DNA of 53,283 nucleotides from an uncultured Methanosarcinales archaeon (GTDB taxonomy: Archaea; Nanobdellota; Nanobdellia; Woesearchaeales; B54-G15), in the NCBI GenBank assembly GCA_964519225.1, contig CAZFJK010000005.1, positions 1 to 53,283 of the forward strand, in the 5' to 3' direction. The notes beneath the pieces are model-generated. The model had not been told where the DNA came from and did not search any database. It saw only the letters and a list, made by a program, of their open reading frames with translations. Positions 49,901 through 53,283 of the stretch are shown here, piece after piece. Within the stretch, counting starts at the first letter, position 1, and the number at the start of each line of letters is the position of its first letter. A program made the translations under genes and the position numbers.

Positions 49901-51425
49901 ACAATGGTTTAAAAACATACATAGAAGCAAAGAACATCGCAAAGAATAAACCTACAATTATAAAGCTAACAATCAAGATTTTTTTAGAGAGTAACTTAGT
50001 TAACAGCATCTTTAATCCTTTCTTTTTCTTCTCTAATTCGACTTCTTTTTTCTTATATTCATTCACAAGTTTAATAACCTTTCTCGCCTGACGATAAATT
50101 TTCTTAAACTCTGTTTTCCTAATTTTCACGCCTTTAAACAAAAGCTCTTCGCACTGTTTGAAGAACTGCGTGATAGAAACATACAAAGATCGTTCGAGTT
50201 TCTTTTTCCTTAATATTTTACACAACGATTCATAATCAAATTCCCTTGGTATCTTTAAAGTAGCGATCAAATATTCCTTCACAACTCGTGATACTGCTTC
50301 CACACCCTCTTTTACAGTCAGTTTTCTCTTGTCCACTTTTGAGGAAATTTCCTTGAGTTTCTTGTCTGCTTCTACACCAAGCAATTTCAATTTCTTCATT
50401 TTCCTCGCTATTGCAAGCAATCTCTTTTTGCGCCATTCCGCAATCTTCGGAGCTATGAACTTACGATACAATCTTTCGGCAAACACAGCAGCAATAATCA
50501 GTAGTAAAATCCATAGGAAATATTTCGCAAAAAGTAAGAAAGGAGATGGCTTTCTCGGAACAGCGGGCCTTGGCTTCGGAAGCTCTACTTTAGGTCTTGG
50601 CCTTAATGCGCATCTTTTTGTTTTCGGATCACAGTAGCCGCTCATACAATCCTCATCAACCTTGCATCGCTTACCCAAAGGACATTTCGGACAGATCTTT
50701 CCGCCGCAATCAATATCAGTTTCGTCTTGATTTTGTATTCCGTCATAGCATGTTGGAATATAAGTACAGTTCCTAACGGTCGGCGGCTTGTTCTTCTCAG
50801 TTCCGCAATGATTTAAGTCAACACATACTCTATATTGCTTTCCGCTCGGCAAGCAAGGACCCCACGGATAGCACGTCCAATTTTCAATACACGGCGGGAC
50901 TTCAGGAGCTCTTGCCCTTGGAGCTGCTCTTGGCGCAGCTGGTGGCGGAGACGGCGGAAGCTGTTTGATAGTTAGTTTTACTATATTACTATCAGTACTG
51001 TAATAACCATCGCTTGCAGTAAAAACCACATAATCAGTTCCATACCACCAAGGAATATGTGCTGTGGAAAAACTTACTCTGTTTAAAGAATCTATCGTAA
51101 CCTTAACATTTCTTACAAGAGAATAAGTATATGCAAGTGTATCATTATCCGGATCATAAAAATAATCATCTAAGTCAAATGCGTTAGTTATTCCTCCGCC
51201 TTGATACCAAGTCCAATTAGGAATCGGCTTGATCAAAACAGGCGGGTTTCTACTTATTACAAGCAAATAAACAGTTCCCTCAGCCGTGCTTTTTCCAATC
51301 ACTTCAGCTCTTTCAAGTATTTTCTTAGCTGTATGTGCCGCATAGAAAATATGAGCATAAATAGAACAAACAAAAAGTAAAACAAATACAACTATTAAAA
51401 TCTCACCTCTTTTCATATAGACCAT
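46935..51425 (-). CDS. 1496-aa surface protein with 4 hydrophobic segments, Cys-rich repeat, cadherin/Ig-like repeats and an internal cytoplasmic helical domain
   Basis: Signal; DLDDYFYDPD.D; CxENWxC.PW..C and CYDGIQNQDETDIDCGG; N..P...D.D.D cadherin-like repeats; many sequons; C-terminal TM. Confidence 0.88.
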   Translation of the reverse strand: MVYMKRGEILIVVFVLLFVCSIYAHIFYAAHTAKKILERAEVIGKSTAEGTVYLLVISRNPPVLIKPIPNWTWYQGGGITNAFDLDDYFYDPDNDTLAYTYSLVRNVKVTIDSLNRVSFSTAHIPWWYGTDYVVFTASDGYYSTDSNIVKLTIKQLPPSPPPAAPRAAPRARAPEVPPCIENWTCYPWGPCLPSGKQYRVCVDLNHCGTEKNKPPTVRNCTYIPTCYDGIQNQDETDIDCGGKICPKCPLGKRCKVDEDCMSGYCDPKTKRCALRPRPKVELPKPRPAVPRKPSPFLLFAKYFLWILLLIIAAVFAERLYRKFIAPKIAEWRKKRLLAIARKMKKLKLLGVEADKKLKEISSKVDKRKLTVKEGVEAVSRVVKEYLIATLKIPREFDYESLCKILRKKKLERSLYVSITQFFKQCEELLFKGVKIRKTEFKKIYRQARKVIKLVNEYKKKEVELEKKKKGLKMLLTKLLSKKILIVSFIIVGLFFAMFFASMYVFKPLFGGLLVYTIQVKPIIANDGNLSETVCVEDSVCHYDFSADVLNDPSDKQYFVYSYEAGVPLPTGFSLNSNTGMITIYFNNDSGAGYWIVGLIATDTRDQQKGVGSKPFNLTPRNDEPIISLNYVHCVENNTCYVNVSQYTSDEEDDKPYWNYTDNTDLFNISNDGIINFTPRFEDWGVYNVLITCMDARNATGSKNVVFNVTPLNTKPHLDFVCDNATNATYSVPFNCYMNATDRENDTLTFSANESWFLIDNSYGSRFEALANFTPGKEAVGNWTINISACDPGGLCDSRVINFTVFNINSRPNITDPVNLTAEQGFKFHYEINVTDLDMYTKYGENLTFYDNSTLFNITKSCQQYICYGIIDFFPDLSFNGTEWINFTVCDDEGLCDTSIFNITVLPNAPLGITNITPYGLPYSNTTKIDFAPRMNFPNNITWVNLSENASYVINVTIDEPDNDTVYYYWYRNGSQISTSNSLTRTYGWYDAGSENITLYVSDGSGIGNQNGWEDSFTWMITVLNKNRPPIFGLIIHDTLTDFSGGTTNGTDLMAMSGKIILASNGTCYVSNGTYISKVIDPGSPTKDVDMCGDCIKWINISWNATLPSGTSLVLQTRTSTNGTNFTNWSTNYINSNGSVIVSPAGRYFQYKIVMNTTSCSATPELDSVTIHYGINDVNLTQGNYIYDWIDLDYFFWDYDIDDNLTFNYSAPSDINISIDSNNVVDLLPNINTSGEKEINFSLYDGYDIVYSNQIIINISPVQAQQRTVTRTRTRTRTRTQTITKNITRLEHVAMLEAKPIVAKEGYFEIPLLVKNTLNESLAGISLEASTTLLGVSFSFSQSYFPAIAPGSEVPVTLTVRPPRMDVEFDVKVKAKATSPQAEDEIVVSLTALQINRSVQYVRDLLSANPECLELNEMVEDAIKAIAEGRVEEGQRILNDVIESCRYLIAQKEKITEKPAVITVSRTWIERNIVMIAVAAGLFAFLLGLFYLAYRKA

Positions 51426-51514
51426 CTAAACCAAAGAAGCCCACCTATTTAAATTTTTGCGACTAATCAGAAATCGAACGAAGAAAAAATAGAAACTTTT
51501 AAATAGAATTTTAC

Positions 51515-51546
51515 TATCACTAATAGTGATAATATTATCAAGATAA
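51515..51546. promoter_or_regulatory. three overlapping TATC/GATA palindromes
   Basis: TATCACTA-a-TAGTGATA 51515-51531, TGATAATATTATCA 51527-51540, TTATC-aa-GATAA 51535-51546. Confidence 0.55.
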
Positions 51547-51662
51547 ACTAGAGCTAATTAGATTAGAAGAAAAATATATTAATTATCTGTGGAAAGTTAA
51601 AAGAAGTAGAGAAACAGTACAGTATGGAATAACTAGCGAACGTTCCTAAAGCATAAACCAAT

Positions 51663-52391
51663 TTAAACTTTTCTTGCAAATGAAATAAATCCTGTGTGAC
51701 TCAATGCATGATGTTCCGGTCGCGCGATCTTTTCTTTAATTATCCATTCCCGCCTGAAAACTTCAAGTGTTTTCAAATACACAAAACCCTTTTCTTTCAG
51801 AGAATTTACAAATTTTATGACTTGGGTTATGTTCGGCAAGTATGTACTTAAGAATCCTCCCCTCTTTAAGGCACTTTTACAAGCATCCAAGCATTCATGA
51901 GGATATGGCAAGTCCAATATGATCAAGTCAGCATTTTTTTCATCAAAACCTTTTCTTGCATCACCTTCTTTAATTACCCAATTCTTAAGCTTTAAAAAAT
52001 CCCTATTCTGCTTTGCTACCCTTATGAACGATTTTCTAACATCATAGCTAACAACTTTTTTGCAATGATGAGCAAAAAAAGCCCCAAGCATGCCGCTGCC
52101 AACACCAGCTTCAATAACAAGGGCGTTTCTGCCTGGCATTGCTTCTGCAAGAATCAAAGCAGCATCCTTCGGCAATACAACTTGCGCTGCCCGCTTAATG
52201 CGCCAGAAAAGATCAACAAAACTAGGCTTCAATGCATAGCAAATGCATCCCTTAGACGTTTTAAGCTTACCAAGTTTTAATTCAGAACTTTTTATTGAAC
52301 CAAAATGTGAATGGAAATCTTTTTTTTTGCTCACTAAAAAACTTGTTCCATCTTCAAAAATCAAAATCAGATCGTTAGCATCGTTTCTCAT
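51663..52391 (-). CDS. trmI: tRNA (adenine57/58-N1)-methyltransferase
   Basis: FHSHFG, KRAAQVVLPKDAA, EAGVGSG, LDLP, YLPNITQV, RP.H...HTGFI. Confidence 0.93.
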   Translation of the reverse strand: MRNDANDLILIFEDGTSFLVSKKKDFHSHFGSIKSSELKLGKLKTSKGCICYALKPSFVDLFWRIKRAAQVVLPKDAALILAEAMPGRNALVIEAGVGSGMLGAFFAHHCKKVVSYDVRKSFIRVAKQNRDFLKLKNWVIKEGDARKGFDEKNADLIILDLPYPHECLDACKSALKRGGFLSTYLPNITQVIKFVNSLKEKGFVYLKTLEVFRREWIIKEKIARPEHHALSHTGFISFARKV

Positions 52392-52822
52392 ATTCTTTTC
52401 AGAAGTATAAGAATTACTCCTTTAAATTTCTTACCAGCGTAATCTTCTTCATTTATTTCTTTGGGAACCTCGCAATACAAGGTGATCTTCTTACTTTCTC
52501 CAGGCTGCAGAACAAAGTTATTATCGCTAGGATAAACCCATTCATCAGCTTTATCACCGCTTATCTTTATCACAACAAGAACAGGCACCTCAAAGGTATT
52601 ATTGACATGAACGTCTCTTTTTCCGAGACCGCCTGCAGGAAGTCTTCCAAAATGTATAGCATCTGGATCAAGATTAAACCCTACTGTTTTTCCAATTTCA
52701 AAATCGTACCTGAATTTCATCGAACCTAGGATTTTATATTTTGAATATACCAACGATACTGCACCAAAGCATATCAAAAGCAAGCTCATAAATATAACAA
52801 TAAGCTTTGTTGATGATTTCAT
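52388..52822 (-). CDS. membrane-anchored Ig-like hypothetical protein
   Basis: N-terminal TM; GFNLDPDAIHFG; NNFVLQPGESK. Confidence 0.78.
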   Translation of the reverse strand: MKSSTKLIVIFMSLLLICFGAVSLVYSKYKILGSMKFRYDFEIGKTVGFNLDPDAIHFGRLPAGGLGKRDVHVNNTFEVPVLVVIKISGDKADEWVYPSDNNFVLQPGESKKITLYCEVPKEINEEDYAGKKFKGVILILLKRI

Positions 52823-53283
52823 TTTCTTCTCCGTGAACGTTTTGGCTTTTTAGATTTTTCTCTTCTCATGAAATAAATCACAATAAAAACATTCAGTGCA
52901 ATTAGTGCTATTACTGCTATAAGCAGTCCAACAAACACACCCATGCTCAGTCCAAGCACAGTAGGCGCTGGCACTGGTGCTTCTACAACCTCCTTGCTCG
53001 TAACATCAACTTTTATATTCTTTTCTTTTGATTTTCCGTCAAAATGCACTATCACTTTTCCTTCGTATCTTCCAGCTATTGCTTCTGTTAAATCAACATA
53101 CCCTTTAAGTGTTAACTCCTTCCAAGGATCTAATGTATAAGTAGGTGTTTTTGTGGAAAATTGCTTTCCATCAGGACTTTCAAGTTTAATCTCAGCATAA
53201 ACATCTTCCATAGGATTATTCCACAAACTTTCAACTACAATCTCAAACGGATTTATCTCGCCTGCTTTCAGTTCTTTTGTATA
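52819..53283 (-). CDS. C-terminal part of a membrane-anchored Ig-like protein (5' end outside the window)
   Basis: Frame stays open to the window edge (YTKELKAGEINPFEIVVESLWNNP...); beta-rich domain, TM, basic tail. Confidence 0.8.
   Translation of the reverse strand, partial: YTKELKAGEINPFEIVVESLWNNPMEDVYAEIKLESPDGKQFSTKTPTYTLDPWKELTLKGYVDLTEAIAGRYEGKVIVHFDGKSKEKNIKVDVTSKEVVEAPVPAPTVLGLSMGVFVGLLIAVIALIALNVFIVIYFMRREKSKKPKRSRRRK

Noticed and set aside
550-53140. Many antisense or overlapping ORFs in the track (e.g. 995..1525, 20451..21029, 33170..33709, 37256..37807, 46439..46889)
   Set aside because: They are Ser/Phe-rich shadows of well-supported genes on the other strand and have no motifs

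Overview
Gene-dense, AT-rich archaeal chromosome segment, most consistent with a DPANN/Nanobdellota (Woesearchaeota-like) genome. Evidence: A1:U72 initiator tRNA, tRNA-Thr with U73, ABCE1, RFC-L, PINA ATPase, archaeal-type AspRS/GlyRS, TATA-box promoters and giant LamG/Cys-repeat surface proteins. It holds about 40 CDS and two intronless tRNAs; I found no CRISPR array, transposase or integrase. Most notable: (1) a 3059-aa surface protein with Russian-doll architecture, in which a recurring ~130-aa scaffold domain carries different passenger domains in its loops, with an unoccupied copy in a second 1496-aa surface protein; (2) three unrelated sites each carrying two dyads exactly 32 bp apart around a BRE/TATA-like core with no obvious gene to regulate; (3) a co-oriented Thg1-MBL-MBL-HerA-DNA ligase-DUF72 run that may be a nucleic-acid end-repair cluster; (4) a moxR-DUF58-vWA operon whose usual DUF4381-like partner appears fused inside the neighbouring surface protein; (5) an AspRS and a bacterial-type TGT with rewired substrate pockets. 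All family calls come from reading motifs by eye; no searches were run.
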